Shown here: one piece after another, positions 1 to 13,505 of the stretch
How the letters are laid out: the number at the start of each line of letters is the position of its first letter
Position numbering within the stretch: position 1 is the first letter of the stretch
Origin: Carcharhinus amblyrhynchos
Lineage: Eukaryota
Assembly: GCA_965287045.1 (NCBI GenBank)
Contig: OZ336884.1
Coordinates: 45,756,001-45,820,000 of the forward strand
DNA: 64,000 nt
Direction: 5' to 3'
The notes under the pieces: generated by a model
The model's database searches: none
Told to the model about the DNA's origin: nothing
Seen by the model: the letters and a program-made list of their open reading frames with translations, nothing else
Made by a program: the position numbers and the translations under genes

Positions 1-782
1 TGGAGGTGCAGGACATGCCTGTCCTCACAATGGACCTGGCCAGATCAGGAGTGCTGGATGCAGGTGTTTGACAGGAACCAACTGACACACTTTAAAAGTC
101 TTCCTAAAAAGCAGAGAGCTCTGAAATGGGGCAGGAATCCCAGAATCAGGACCCACTTGCCATTTTTGAAGGGTTTCTGAATCATCACAACTCTGAAAAT
201 CCAGGCCTCTCTCTCAGAGTTGGGGACAGAGAGACAGAGAGGGCATAAGGTTTCAAAACCCAAATGCTGCAGCTAATGCAGTCAGTGAGGGGAGAAGGCT
301 GCATGTCCTCTGCAAATCATCAGGCAGAACACAGGAGAGGGGACAGTTTCTAGTTCAATGAGATGTGTCCCATAGCAATCTAAAGACTCCGGAAGCTCAG
401 GAGAAATCACGAAGTAGACTGCTGCTCAAGATCATCTTGGAAACTCAACGTGACTGAGAGAAGATCTTTGGTGGTCATTTGGACTCAGTCAAACAGAGAG
501 GCTCAAATGCACTAAAAGCTGGAACTGATTGGGGAGAGTTTCCTATAAAGACTAACTCTGTAGAGAGCTACAGGGGTTATCTGCATGTAAGTCAATCATC
601 AGGATTATCTTCTCTGTAGTTTAGAATATTAGTTTCTTATGAGGTAATGATACTCAGTATTGTTTTCAGTTTGTTACAGGTAATGACACTTAAAACTTGA
701 AACTAAACTTGTTCCTTTAAGTTGGTCACTGGTAATTCAAATCGTTTGTTTAAAATGATCAGTCTCTACTGGCATCCTAACA
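1..782 (+). mobile_element. Probable LTR-like relic, cut by the window start
   Basis: Non-coding block ending ...tctctactggcatcctaaCA, resembling ...TAACA LTR termini. No partner copy visible. Confidence 0.35.
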
Positions 783-1049
783 CCTGGGAAAATGCTAACT
801 TAAAAGAAATTCAACTATTTAGATAAGCTTATGCAACTGGATTTATTTAGTTCAGATCCAGATGGATTAGAGATGTCCTTAATGAAATTCATAAAATAAC
901 TGATATTAGCATGCCTATCAGAGATTATCCCAGTTCAATACTTTGAAGGAGAATCAGGGAACATGACTCAAAACAATGTAAAAGTAGGAACAGACTGGAT
1001 GTTCGGTAATCATTCACTCAGAGATTGGAGAGCCTCTGGAACATATTTC

Positions 1050-1233
1050 TTACCTGGTGGATTCTGACGCCCCAGAATGTTAGTGCCCCACCAGCTATGA
1101 GAATCGGCGGGGGGGGGTGTGTGTGCTTGGGGGGGGGCTGCTGGGGGGCAGGAGAAGCAAACCACGGAAAGGTCCATTGGCATCAGGCGGGATTTTACCA
1201 TTTTAGGATGAGCAAGGCAATAAAATCCCACCC
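1050..1233 (-). mobile_element. MITE-like non-autonomous DNA element (GGGYGGGATTTTA-type end)
   Basis: Ends in taaaatcccaccc, the reverse complement of the gggtgggatttta start at 3508. Internal ggaaaggtccattg matches the 15793 element in reverse. Confidence 0.55.
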
Positions 1234-1374
1234 TCTGCCTATCTTCAAGTGGCTTTATAGTGAACAGTTGGTCCAAACGATCAGTCTCAGTGAGGTGGAG
1301 TGGAATCTTCCAGTGTATTTTTTTTCATATTGGGCTTTGGTTGATACAGTGCTTCTTTCAACAATAACAAAAAT

Positions 1375-1510
1375 GCACATCTTTCTATAGTGCCTTTAAT
1401 AATACCCCTTAAAGCACTTCACAAAAGCATGATAAAATATGACACTAAGTCACACAAGGAGATATTAGGTCAGATAAATACATACTTGGTTCAAGAGGTA
1501 AGTTTCAAAG
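1375..1510 (-). mobile_element. L2-like LINE 3' end relic
   Basis: tatagtgcctttaa...cacaaggagatattagg...ttggttcaagaggtaagttt is the reverse of the L2-type tail also seen at 55993-56225. Confidence 0.55.
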
Positions 1511-1514
1511 AAAG

Positions 1515-1830
1515 TGGTCCAAAATTAAGGCAGATTTACTGCATTGGGATAAGTTGCCCCTTTGTTTAGTTGGCAGGATTCAATCTATTAAAATGAACAT
1601 TCTGTTTAGGTTCTTGTTTATTTTTCAAAGTCTCCCCATCTTATCACCAAAATCATTTTGTGTTATGATAAACAAATGGATATCAACATTTGTCTGGACA
1701 GGCAGGACTCCTAAAGCCCATAGAGCAATATTTCAGACAGGGAAGCAGAATAGTGTACCAGCATTACCTAACCTACAGTACAATTATTGGGAATATTGAA
1801 TAGGTTTTATTATGGTGCCATGATCCAAGT
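1515..1830 (+). pseudogene. L1/Tx1-clade ORF2 fragment (region downstream of RT)
   Basis: ORF 1554-1799 LPLCLVGRIQSIKMNILFRFLFIFQSLPI...FVWTGRTP...ALPNLQYNYW matches the L1 ORF2 pattern LPLSL.GRI..KMN.LP.F.Y.FQ.LP...FIW.GK.P...L.LPN...YYW. Confidence 0.85.
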
Positions 1831-1884
1831 ATAAATCAGTGTCTTAAGGAAGCGCATTCCTGCTGCTCATCCTCTCTTTCTGCC

Positions 1885-2030
1885 TTAACTTGGAAATAGT
1901 TTTAATGATGTCGTCCATATCTGGTTGGAAGCTCATTCCTGGGATCAAATATGAAACCAAGGTTGTGAGCAGTCTCATTTCGTTCATTCGGTTGTCAGGG
2001 AGAGGGATCTGGAGTCTGTAATTAGGGAAT
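1885..2030 (-). pseudogene. L2 RT C-terminal relic
   Basis: Minus strand with a frameshift reads TAHNLGFIFDP / MSFQPDMDDIIKT, matching L2 VRNLGVIFDP.LSF..HI..I.KT. Confidence 0.6.
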
Positions 2031-2569
2031 GGGTAATGAGCGTGTACCATGATACTACAGTCACCATGGAGCATGGGCAGGTTTAATGGATCAGCCATTC
2101 TTTTCTGCCGTTCAATTTTATGTTTATAAACATGGCAGAATCTGTAACTTGATCCAACATCCTCTTTCACCTTTACATCTGAGAGCCCTGTAATAGTACT
2201 TGATCAATGGAATTCAATCACCAAAGAGAATACAGAACTTCTGATTCAACTATTGCTATGATGACAAAGAGTATTTACATATAGCAAGATCTCCAAAGCA
2301 GCCAAACAGTTTAACAGCACATCTCGAGCTACTTTACAGGATTCTTTTAAAACCAAATTGGATAAGGGTTCCTCAGAAATCACAGCAGGTATTCCATCAA
2401 CCATAATTAGAAGTATCAGACCGAAGAGTGCCTTCAGCTGTTCACTGGTCCAATGGTTTCAAGATATTACAATCTCTAAAGGCAGCAAAATTTCAGAAAA
2501 CTATCTTAACTCAGCATTACTGATACACTTCAAACAGTGCCTTGACTTGCATTCCACTTGTACCCTGCC

Positions 2570-2857
2570 TGGGACTGCACAGTGGTTCGCACTGCTGCCT
2601 CACAGCACCAGGGACATGGGTTTGATTCCCAGCTTGGGTCACTTCTCTGCAGAATCTACATGTTCTCCCTGTGTCTGCGTGGTTTCCTCCAGGTGCTCCG
2701 ATTTTCTCCCAGTCTGAATGACATGCTGGTTAGGTGCACTGACCACATTAAATTTTCCCTCAGTATCTGATCAGACACCAGAATGTGGTGACTCGGGGAT
2801 TTTCACAGTAACCTCACTGCAGTGTTAATGTAAGCCTACTTGTGACACTAATAAATA
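2570..2857 (+). mobile_element. tRNA-derived V-SINE (HE1-like head and core, ttcacagtaac-type tail)
   Basis: A-box cacagtggtt, B-box-like gggtttgattccc, V-domain ttctccctgtgtctgcgtggtttcctccaggtgctcc, tail ending gtgacactaataaa. Confidence 0.85.
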
Positions 2858-3304
2858 CATTTTAAACTTTAAACCCTTGAGATGTTTATTTTTAATTCAT
2901 ATTACAACACAAGCCATGGCAACAACTACCTTAAATTAAACCTGATTTTCTTTAGCAAGATGTTTAATATGTTTTTCTCTTCTCAGGATAAGAGTGAAAC
3001 TAGGAAGGGCACATTTATTCACCATTTATAGTTGCCTTGAGAAAGGGGTGCTGGTTGTGGGCTTTCCCCTTGAATCAGTGGCTCATCCAATGGCATTAGA
3101 TAGGAATTTCACAGGTTTAACCCAGTGATAAAGGAATGTCAATATATTTACAAGTTAGAATGATGTATGACCTGAAGAGTAACTCAGGGACAATGGAAGT
3201 TCTATAACATTGGTGCTGGTGTCCTTCTTGGTGATAGAAATCGTACAATGGCAAAGCATCTTTAAATTAATTTTATGATTTGTTGCACTGTGTGTTCAAT
3301 ACTT

Positions 3305-3680
3305 AATTGGAGGAGGGCCAACTTCTGGTGGGTGAGAATGGAGCTGGTCCAGGTGAATCAGGATCATAGATTGACAGACAAAACTGTAATTTAGCCATGG
3401 GTTACCTTTAAAGAACAGATAGTCTGGATACAGTCAGGTATGTTCCCAAAGTTGGGAAAAGGGTAAGACAATAAAGCCAAGACTCCCTGAATGGTGAAAG
3501 AGACAGTGGGTGGGATTTTACAGCCTCACTCAGACGAGACCCCGCTTGAGGTCAACAGAGATTTCCGTTGTTGGACCCTCACACTTGGTAGGTGAGGTGG
3601 TAGCGTTCTAGCCAGTGAGTAAAATAAAGCACAAAAAGGGCGTGTATGACAAATGTCAAGATACTATGAAAGAACATGAC
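3305..3680 (+). mobile_element. Degenerate CR1 ORF2 fragment interrupted by a MITE
   Basis: CR1-like sequence (ccatgggttacctttaaagaacagatagtc ... aaaaagggcgtgtatgacaaatgtc) resumes on both sides of 3508-3613. Confidence 0.5.
3508..3613 (+). mobile_element. MITE with 3-bp TSD (PIF/Harbinger-like)
   Basis: Begins gggtgggattttac and ends ttctagcc. Flanked by AGT (3505-3507) and AGT (3614-3616). Homologous to 15793-15915. Confidence 0.6.
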
Positions 3681-5226
3681 TGCATAGAGCTTGTTCAGAG
3701 TGGCTGTAAGACAGAGGGAGCAGGATTTTCCAGCCCCTCCCAAAGATGGGATTGTCTGGCACCTTCGAAGAGAAAGCCCATTGTGGTGGGACCAGGAAGT
3801 CTGAGCAAGGGGCCATGATAGAGATGCTCTCCATCATGGCAGAAATTTCTGAAATAGCCAAAACTTCAAATATCCTATCCCCAAATCTGGCACATCCCAT
3901 CTTTGTGGAGGCAGGACTGACGACAATCTGGGGTTTACACATTTACGATTCGCAGAGCGCAGCTGACAATGTAAATCACCATTTGCGTCCATCAAAGCGG
4001 GATCGAGAGAGTGCAGATTAGAAAAGGTGATAGAAGGTCTGAACTTGTTGGATACATTTGTGCAGTCAGGGTACCTTGAGGTAAGGCACCAATTCAGTTT
4101 AAGTGAACATGATTATGAACTTTTTAATGCACAAAATCATTGGAGCTGTCACAGAACTGTTAAGGAGTTGTCCAGGAAATGGCAAAGCTGCCCAGGAAGT
4201 GACAAAGGATATGAGGTGAGTTGGCATGGATGGGGTAAGGGGAAAGGGGAAAATTGGTGGGTGCAGCCATGGATGGACATGAGTTCATACAAATTTAGCA
4301 CAGGTCATAAGGGCAACACAAGTTACCAATGTGGGTATAGAGGCCTTGATGGGATAAGGATGACAGGCATATGTTGGCATATCTTAACATGGCTTATGTG
4401 CCCCAATTCCTGTTTCAGCCACACTGCTTCTGCCACCACCCCGATTCCCTCCCTCCTCCCTGCCAACTAGGGACCTATTAGAGTGAATAATGCACGAGGG
4501 GCTGCCAGTTCCAATCACAACTGATTGCTGCCTTAATGTTAAGGGCAGTTTCTCATGAACAGTTTCAGAAAACATTTTTAAATTTTCCTATCTGATTTTG
4601 GAACAGGCACATCCTGCATATCTTAATAAAACTGCTGTTTCAGCAGTTACCCATTGACAGCAAAGTTGGTTTGTTGTTGATAACTTGCAATAGCAAGAAA
4701 AAATGCCTTATTTACTCCCAAGTTGCAGGGGAGAGAAAAAAAAACTTTGCTCAGCCTGGTTGGAGAGATGCAACTGAATCATTTGAGTTCAATGGTCATT
4801 CAGTGTACTGTTTTTAATTTATCTGGGTGGTACAATATCTGTTTATTTTCCCTGCATTTAACCATCTTCCTTATTGTCAAAGATGCAACTCCTGATAAAC
4901 CAGAATCAGAAAGAACATCATCAATGGAATAAATGCATTCATCCGAAGAACAGCTGGCAATCCTTAGGCACAAGGTTTTTGATAGTCATTAGATAAAAGT
5001 TTTTAACAGCAATAAAGGCTGACAGATGTGCCAAGAGTGTCCATTAAGAGACTGGAATGTGTAAATGGCAGAACAAAGGCACAGATTGAACAACCTGAGG
5101 AATGTGGTAGTTGGCCCTAGTGAGAAGGTGTTTGGAAAACAAGATGGAAAGCAGGATTTTAGAAATGGAAAAACAAAAATAATATAAAGTAATAAAAAAA
5201 TTATGAAAAGAAATTAAATCAAATAA

Positions 5227-5269
5227 GATGCTGTCAGACCTGCTGAGATTTTGCAGCATTTCCTGTTTT
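5227..5269 (+). mobile_element. PLE-like 3' tail remnant (second family)
   Basis: gatgctgtcagacctgctgagattttgcagcatttcctgtttt; the same tail is at 18047-18131 and, reversed, at 48080-48147 and 57650-57785. Confidence 0.6.
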
Positions 5270-6495
5270 AGAGGCTTTTTTTCTCTCGTTCTGTAAATTA
5301 TTTGCTAGCTGTTAACTTGGATATGCAATCAATTATTGATCCTTATGGAATCCAAGATAAATGTTGTTAAATAGTATGTCAGGTGAGCCTTTCCTACACT
5401 GCTGCTAAATCACAATCTCATTCCAGAAGAAGACACCTCACAAGTGGCAAATATTTCCCCATGAAAAGGAAGGGTTAAATCAGAGTAAAAACATTGCTTG
5501 GGTTAAATCAGACCATCAACTGCTAAGGATGGTTAGAGAACTAGGAAAGGGTATGGTGCTTAACTGTGGTGATAAAAAAAACAAGTAGGTTATGAGTTCA
5601 CTTATCTCAGCTTCTCTCATTAATTAAAGATATGGCATTAAAGTGATTTTATTAATTCAAAAGCACTTTAATGTGTGCATGCACACGAGCACCTGCACGA
5701 GAGAAGTGTGTGAATGGGGGAATGAATAAACAGGCCCTTGATGTTTCCTTTCTGAATGTATGCATATTGAAACATCTACAGCTGAAGAACTGAAATATAT
5801 TTACAAAAATTCATTACTGAATATTTAAATAAACTACCAAATCATTTCATAACAGTCAAATTTAAAAAGTGGAAAAGTAGCTTGCCTTGAAAAAAAATAC
5901 ATCCAGAAATTATGTTTTTTTTGGTGGTTCTCACTTTCATCACAAACCTAATTTATTTCTTTCTTTCGATGTTCTGTACAACATTCCATTCTACAATGAG
6001 AGGACATGCCACCTCGTTCTATTTCCCTCCCCCACAAAAGCACTGCAATCTGATTCAAGGCAGGATGTGGCAGATTTGTTGTCCTCTTCTGCTGAATTTG
6101 TCTCAATCCCACTGGTGAAATGTGTTTGCTTGGTCTTTCCCTGATGGGCCATTCAGGAATGGTGGGAAATTCAATAGGGAGCAGCAGGATGTACAACTTC
6201 ATGCCATAACTTTTGTTTTGGAAGCATTAGCCAGCAGCAACTTTCATTTCACTCACACACACTTTCATTTATATAGCTTTGTTTTAAATGGAAAAATGTC
6301 CCAGGGTGCTTCAGAGACATGAATCCAAAGAAATTTGTTGTGTATTCAAAGGTGAATAGGGGTTGCCATTGTTTTGTTCCTCAGAAATGGATTTAACTGA
6401 AGTGATTTGCTTTCTCTACAGAGATTTCAGTGACTTGCCTGTGCTTGTTTTTGAATTAATAATTTCAGCCACAATGACACATGCTTGCAGTAAAA

Positions 6496-6616
6496 ACAGT
6501 AAAAAGTCTGACAACACCAGGTTTTAGTCCAACCTATAAATAGGTTGGACTAAAACCTGGTGTTGTCAGACTTTTTACTGTGTTTACGCCAGTCCAACGC
6601 CGGCATACCCACATCA
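6496..6616 (+). mobile_element. Miniature fold-back Penelope-like insertion
   Basis: Perfect 42-bp inverted repeat (6496-6537 / 6540-6581), 2-nt loop, ~35-nt tail, 13-bp TSD tgcagtaaaaaca (6486-6498 / 6617-6629). Confidence 0.85.
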
Positions 6617-8507
6617 TGCAGTAAAAACATAACAGGCACTGAATACTCCCCATGCAGATTACTCAGAAGTACTGAAGTTTTCTTCCTTGCTTAATGCTGA
6701 ACTATTCATAAAAATAAAACTGGTAAGCCTGTGACAGGAGGAGTTGTGAAGGAGGAAAATGAAGAGCCTTGAAATAAATGGGGAGAGAAAATTCAGCAGG
6801 CATTTACCTTCATTTAAGAAATTTAAAGTAAGATAGTTTTGGAGCAAAATGTTCTCCACAAAAAGTGAGGGTTGGTTCAACAGGCCTACTACCCTAGTTA
6901 AAATGTGGGATTGAAAAATCATGTACAGAACTGTGTGCAATCGATTGCCATTTAAGTGTGGAACAGCGAGCAAACTAAAGAGCAGTTGGATGCATCAAAC
7001 AGTACTGGAGGGCTGGGTGGGTGCACAAACTCAACCCCAGGCAAGTTAAGCAATTTGAATAAAATAAATGCACATTTGCCTGAATTTGGATAAGAACAGC
7101 TGGTGAAGATTTTGATGACAAGTATGAAAAATGCTTATGTACATTTTTTTAAAACTAGCCTCTTTTCCTGAAGCTTGTTACTATCTTCCTCATTGTTTAC
7201 TACCTTTCCAAGTTTCAAATCAAAGCAAATCTTGAAATAATGCCCTGCATACACAGATCAAGATTATTAATATGCATCAGAAAGAACAATTGGTGCTAAT
7301 ACCTACCCCAGGTAGGAATTACCTGGGATGAACCCTGCATAATTTCTTCAAGTCTGAAGAATACTACTCTCTGCCTTTTGTGATTCAACAAATTTTGTAT
7401 CTCTGTCAACAGTGCACCATTATTAGTAAGGACTTCAATTTTGCTAGAAAATCATACAATATATTGTCAAATGTTTTTTCAAAGTATGGGCCCATAACTT
7501 CCAATCTTATGAGGATTATACTCGGAAGTATCCCAGAATATGCAATGGGAGAATAATCCAACGTTCCAATTTAAAATATGAAACTTTGGTTAGTTCCAAT
7601 AGTCTTGCCAGAAATAGTTACCCAGGAGAAGTTAGAATTAAAACTGCTTCTAATTCCCATAGCAAGAGTACAGAGCCCCTTCTCCACCCCTACACCCCAA
7701 ATGATCAGCAAATCCAAGCCCCCTTCATACTCCTTCCATTCCCATCCCACCTCATGTCTTTACACACTTATCTTCTCCCTGGGTTCTCAATGTGGCTGGG
7801 ACCTTTATCCACTGATGTGCTTTATGACAGCTCGCGCCACTAAAAAAAGGAGGGAATGGTTTCCTTTCATCTGACTCTGCCGTCCTTGATTGGAAACCTC
7901 AGGAAACCTGCTGCACTGTTTTCTCACCTTGTCCCAATAGGAAGGTCAAGGATGAAATCTGCAGCTACACTTCAAAGAAGCAGTGACAATCCAACTTTGA
8001 TTGCAACTCCTTGGAAGTTCAGACCCATCGTACACAAAATAACAAACTCCTCCACTAGTTAAAACAACTCAATCAAGTTAGTTAAACACAAAATGTCTTT
8101 AACAAGCTGCTGTTGACTCCCACTTATTAGGGAATGCTTTGCCAAATGCCAATTTATTTTGACCTGGCTATATTTTTCCCCAGCACTGATGCCAGGTTCA
8201 CCAGGTTTATCCCTCTCCTTTTTTAAACAAGTTGCAGATTTTCAATCCTCCAGTCCTCTAGCATCCCTGACCAGCACATCATCTATTTTTGTTTTGGCAA
8301 TTCCTTTAACTATGTGAGGCCTGTTTTTTTTTGTCACATACTAACAGCAACTTACGGGACCAACTTGCACGTCACTTGCGTGGGAACTTTCAGGTTGTTG
8401 TGTGTTTGTGATTAGAGGGAACATTATCTGTCATTCACTCCCATATCCAAGGAAGATTTGATCCATAATCTATGCAATTTTCACCATTATATCCCTTAGT
8501 AATATAG

Positions 8508-8710
8508 GGTTACATTCTACAGTCTCCCTGTGGCATGTTTCTCGGCAGCAGAAGCTGATCCTGTCGTCAGCGGTGCGATCTTCTGATCCCACTATTCTAA
8601 ATGGGATTTCCCACTAGATCCACCCACATTAGTGGGAAACATATGGAGTTGGTATGTTGCTGTCAGGATGAAAAGATCCTGCTAGTGTGAACAGCCGAAA
8701 GATGTTTCCC
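8508..8710. mobile_element. Degenerate MITE-like element with internal inverted symmetry
   Basis: ggg...ccc ends; internal tttcccacta/tagtgggaaa and gatctt/aagatc inverted pairs. Confidence 0.45.
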
Positions 8711-9189
8711 ATCTTGAGAGAGGTAGAAATGACTTTTCTGATCCTCTTCATTTTAATTCTATTTTTGTCCAATATTGTACATAATATTTTCAAATGTGAT
8801 TTGGCAATAATCTACATTAGGTTGCATTAACTTGTAGCAAAATGGCCTTGAAATGCATCAAGCTAAACAAGTAATATGTTTATAAATGGCTTTATGATGG
8901 ATTATCTCATAACATTTTATTTTTCCATCTTGATCAATTACATCCTTTTATTGTGAATGCTTTATTTTTTGTGCTCCAACATGCATAACCTTATATCTAT
9001 CCTAATTAAACTTCATCTTTAGCTTATGCCAAATACTTGATTGTTGGTACATATATTACATTAAAAGAACTTTGCTGCCTTGGTTAATGCAGTGAAGACT
9101 AAACGACATACCAGATAACATCCCAAGTGTTCTTGCATTTAAGATTTTAGGTTAGGTGCCTGACATAATATGGGCTCTTTCTATTGCAG

Positions 9190-9455
9190 TGGTGGTGTCT
9201 CATTGATGAGATCTTGATATTTGTGTGTTTAAACATGAACACATTTATTGATAGGCTTCAACTATTTACATTTGCAAAGTATGGTCATGCATGTTGCTCC
9301 ACCATGCAGGCTAGTTGCTTACAAAATTTTGTGTCTAGACTGTTCTAACATGTGACTACAGATGTCACACCATGGGTGGTGCCACCTTCCAGTCTCATGT
9401 TGAAGATACTCGATAGAGAAAAAGTTGTTATAATGCATACATGTGGCAACACCAC
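9190..9455 (-). mobile_element. Possible solo LTR
   Basis: TG...CA bounded (tggtggtgt / gcaacacca), with a minus-strand AATAAA (tttatt near 9244). Confidence 0.3.
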
Positions 9456-12400
9456 AATATACAGTCAAAAGATCTTCCAAAATATTTTTAGTTAGTGTAT
9501 TTTCAGACCTTGAAATTATATGAGTGCTATAAATAAACATTATTTCAAGGTGAAATATTACAATGGAAAGCAAAGGTCTCTTACCTCAATTGTTCAATGC
9601 ATAAACTGAAAGAAAATCCCTATATAATGATATTCATAACCATTTCAGGATTGCTGAAGAATTATAGAAATTAAAATGGAGAAAGAGCATTTGGCTTTTT
9701 GCACCTGAACTGCCATTTACTCTCATCTCAATTCCCCTCTTCTTTCTCCGTGTCCTTTTTCACATGGTTAACCAATTCAATATTATCACGGCAAAATTGA
9801 TTAGTAAAATTTTCTTCTTGTAGCCTTTAGGTGTGATAAGATCATGGCGTTGATATGAGTGACATTTGATCCATTATTAATGGCTTTTATTAAGCCTCTG
9901 CTCCTCTGAAAAGTCAATTTTCTAAATTGCATTTATTGCTACCAATGGCAGAATATTAATTGAGTAGTTTAAGCCAATTCTACTTAATCTGATCCGGTCT
10001 ATTCTCAAAAGATTTCTTTTGAAGAAACACAATAAAAGGTTCCGATTAGGAAAGGATTTCAAAATAATCTTCACATTCTGCTACTGTTGCTCATCTGAAG
10101 TCAAAAGAACAAAAGTAGTCTAGTTATGATTTTTCTTGTTATTAAATACAATTAAAAAGTAAAGATAATTTAATGACTCAGTAGTATCTGAATACTTCAA
10201 AATCTAGGATCGAGTTGAATAATCAAAAGATAAAATGGTCAGGCATCCAGTCCCTGCAAACAATCATCATCCTGTTTGTCTCAGAGTGAATTTCACCATG
10301 AACTACATTGGCTGTCAAACTGAGATTCCTAGAACTGCTGCGACCTGTGCCCACTGTGAATTCCAATCATCTGCTGTCACTCCATTCAAAATGGACACAT
10401 GTTCCAGCAGAAAGAACGAGCGGATCCACATTTTAACAATGCTTCCCTGCAAATTTTACTCTGGGCCGTCTGGGAACAGAGGGAGTTGCTGCTTCTCAGT
10501 GATAGCATCAGGAAACCTCTCATGCTTGAATAAGGTGACCATTACTAGCGTGGAATCCACGTGAAAATAAATGCCATAAGAGAGTTAACTAACTCCTGTG
10601 CTCCGCTAGGGTGAGTGGCACTCAGTGAAATTAAAAACTATGTAAATGTGCAAGTGGAGAGGTATGCAGGCACCAAATTGAGTTCTAGGCAGAAGACTGG
10701 GTTCTAAGCCTCAGCACCAAATGAAGCATGTGGACTGAATATGTAAAAGTTTCACCAGTTGCAGGAGAGTATCTGTGTGGAACACCTCCTAGGAAGGAAA
10801 CATTAGCTGTCAGATGTTTGCTGTCCAACTGTCTGTTAAGGTGTTACTCAATCCTTCTGTCTAACCACAGGATAAAAGAGAGCAGAATATCAGGAAGTAC
10901 TCAAAGACTAGTGGCGATATACCTCCTCTATGCATATTGAGCCCTGCAGAGGAGGAAGCAGTCAATCAAGGTGAGGACTTGAACAGATGCTTAGTTGTGG
11001 ACAGCAAGGCCAAAATGCCAACATTTAAAAAAAGTGGATATTTGCAACCTGATATCAAAAATTGGACATATTGAAGACTGGGAAAAAGGATTGTGCATGA
11101 GCTCAAGTTAATTCTGTGTTCTCCACTGCAGACACTCACAATCAGGGGGCCTATTGCACACAGACTGTAGCAAGCCAGAACATGACCTTTGTGAATGTTG
11201 ACATGCAACACTCAGAGGCTGCACTGTTATATCATTGCCCACACATTCCAGCAATGCAGAAACAGTAACCTTTATGAGAATGTGTTCACAATCAGGCTCA
11301 CAGACACAATCTGATGAACACTTCATAGATGTGTTTTAGCAGCTAATGGAGGATCTAACAGTTCTAACAAATTATAGAGGCTACGCACTGCCTTGAGTGA
11401 ATGGTGGAGAATTCAATCCAAGCATTAGTTCTGTCAAAACTCCGATATGAGAGTGCATGGTTTACTCCATGGAGGAGTTGGCAGCTTGTAGAAAACTCAG
11501 TGGATTCTGGGCATGTGCTTTGACCTGCATTCCATTATTCTGGTCATGGGCTTGAATGCACCATTGGTTCAGTGAAAGGAGAAAGAGGCATTGTTTTCAC
11601 TCTTCTGGTATCCCTCCTCTTCCTGTGGTCAGAGGGATGTTATTCCTGGAAGCTATCACGTTTTCCCCTTTTCCTTCTTCATCTTTGACCTCCCTCCATC
11701 TTCCTTGACCCTACACCCATCACCAGTACCTTGCCTTATGTGACCCTCGAATAATCTATCACCACCCTTGATCAACTCTGAGGGCCCACAGATGGCCCTT
11801 GGCATCCTGGATCTAGCTACTGTTATCTTCAGTCCTAAATCAACACTCTTAACTTGCCCTTGGTTACCTCGATTCTTAAAATCTCAACATTGACTTTCCC
11901 ACAATATTCCTTGATCTTGCTCTATTATGTTTGATCTGCATCCGGTATAGATTGACCTTCCCCTCTGTCATCCAGTGCCATTGTGCTGACCCCCATGGCA
12001 CTCTCTAGGCCCATGATCCATCCTCCTTTCCAAGAACATCCTTGGGGTGGTTATGACTCGATCTCCCTGCCTTGGGTAGCGGGGCTCTGACCTCCTTGGT
12101 CTGCCAGCAGCGTCCCTTCCACAGACAGCAATGCCTCAAGCTCCCTGTAAAACTGCCGCTTGAGCTTAATGTAACAATTCAGCCTCCTCTCCCGGTCTTA
12201 AAAAGATTCCCCATACAAGAAAAGCAGCTTCCACTGACTCCAAAGCTGAAAATTGCTTCACCTTCTGCACATCACTTTTAACCATGCGTGAATCTGGAGG
12301 CACATGTTTCTCATTTGCAGTTAACTTGATTGCAAATATACAATTAAATCTGATGACCATGTGTTTTAATAAGTACGCATGACATGTTAGTCCATTAAAA

Positions 12401-12763
12401 ATAGGTCCCTGACACTTGCCTTCGGGAACCACAATCTGCCTTTAATCCACCACCTACTTACTTCCCAACTTTCATCCTCCTGCTGAGAAGTTGACATTTC
12501 ACCTCCCGCACAATTAAGTGCCTCCGCCTGCCTCATTTCCTGCTGCTGGGGAGTATTATTAGATTCCACGTCATTTCACAGTACAAGCCCTGCAATATCT
12601 CTCTCAAGCAGCCACACTGAATTATGTAGAAATAGAAGTACTACACAAAAATGATCCGTTCAGCCCAATCTGTGTCTGTATTTATCCTTCATCCAAGAAG
12701 TTTCAGTTGTGAGCAGGAATAGTACATTATAATTCAAAATAGATGCCAGGGTGCACTTGTTTC

Positions 12764-12935
12764 ATAAGAGTCCCTACAGCGCAGAAGGAAGCCATTTGGA
12801 TCATCGAGTCTGCACCAACCACAACCCCACACAGGCCTTATACCCGTAACCTGACATATTTATGCTGATAATTCTCCTGACACTAAGGGGCAACTTACCA
12901 TGATCAATCAACCTATCATGCACATCTTTGGAGTG
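12764..12935 (-). mobile_element. HE1-like SINE, 3' part with CR1-type tail
   Basis: Reverse of the 59247/61528 SINE tail (gagtctgcaccaaccacaacccc...gcacatctttgg). Confidence 0.75.
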
Positions 12936-13134
12936 TCATTCATTTCACCATATAACAAGGGTCCAAGGATTGGATTAGTTGACACCTGGGGCCATGTAAA
13001 ATAATGTGATTTTAACACTTACGAAGGTAACTTAAGGTAATAAATGGTGCAAGTTGAAACAGTGACAGGTATCAGTCGAAGATGGGAAAACATGTAATAT
13101 ACCTGTAAGAAAATCACTTGCACATTAACAAGTT

Positions 13135-13505
13135 TTTTTTTCATTTATATGTGGGACCTGGGCGTCACTTGTTGGCTACCCATCCCTAGTTGCCCTTGAA
13201 ACTGAATGGCTTATTAGGCCATTTCAGAGGGCAATTGAGAGTCAACCGCATTGCTGTGGCTCTGGAGCCACATATAGGCCAGACCAGGTAAAGATGGCAG
13301 ATTTCCTTCCTTAAAGGGCATTAGTGAACCAGATGGGTTTTACCAACAAACAATGGTTTCATGGTCATCAATGGATTCTTAATTACAAATATTTTTTCTT
13401 GAATTCAAATTCTGCCATCACCAGTGGCAGGATTCGAACCCGGGTCTCCAGAACATTAGCTGTCTGGGATAATATCTGGCGATAATACCACAAAGCCATC
13501 GCCTT
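13135..13505 (-). mobile_element. tRNA-headed SINE sharing its 3' tail with the LINE at 48765
   Basis: B-box (caggattcgaacccggg on +), core aggccagaccaggtaaagatggcagatttccttcc...ttagtgaaccagatggg, tail catccctagttgcccttga. Second copy at 63757. Confidence 0.8.

Noticed and set aside
1107-1152. G-tract cluster as a functional G-quadruplex
   Set aside because: Lies inside a MITE-like relic where poly-G expansion is common; nothing supports function.
10235-11326. Cys-rich ORFs as a zinc-finger or gag gene
   Set aside because: No canonical CCHC/C2H2 spacing, and no consistent frame or splice signals.
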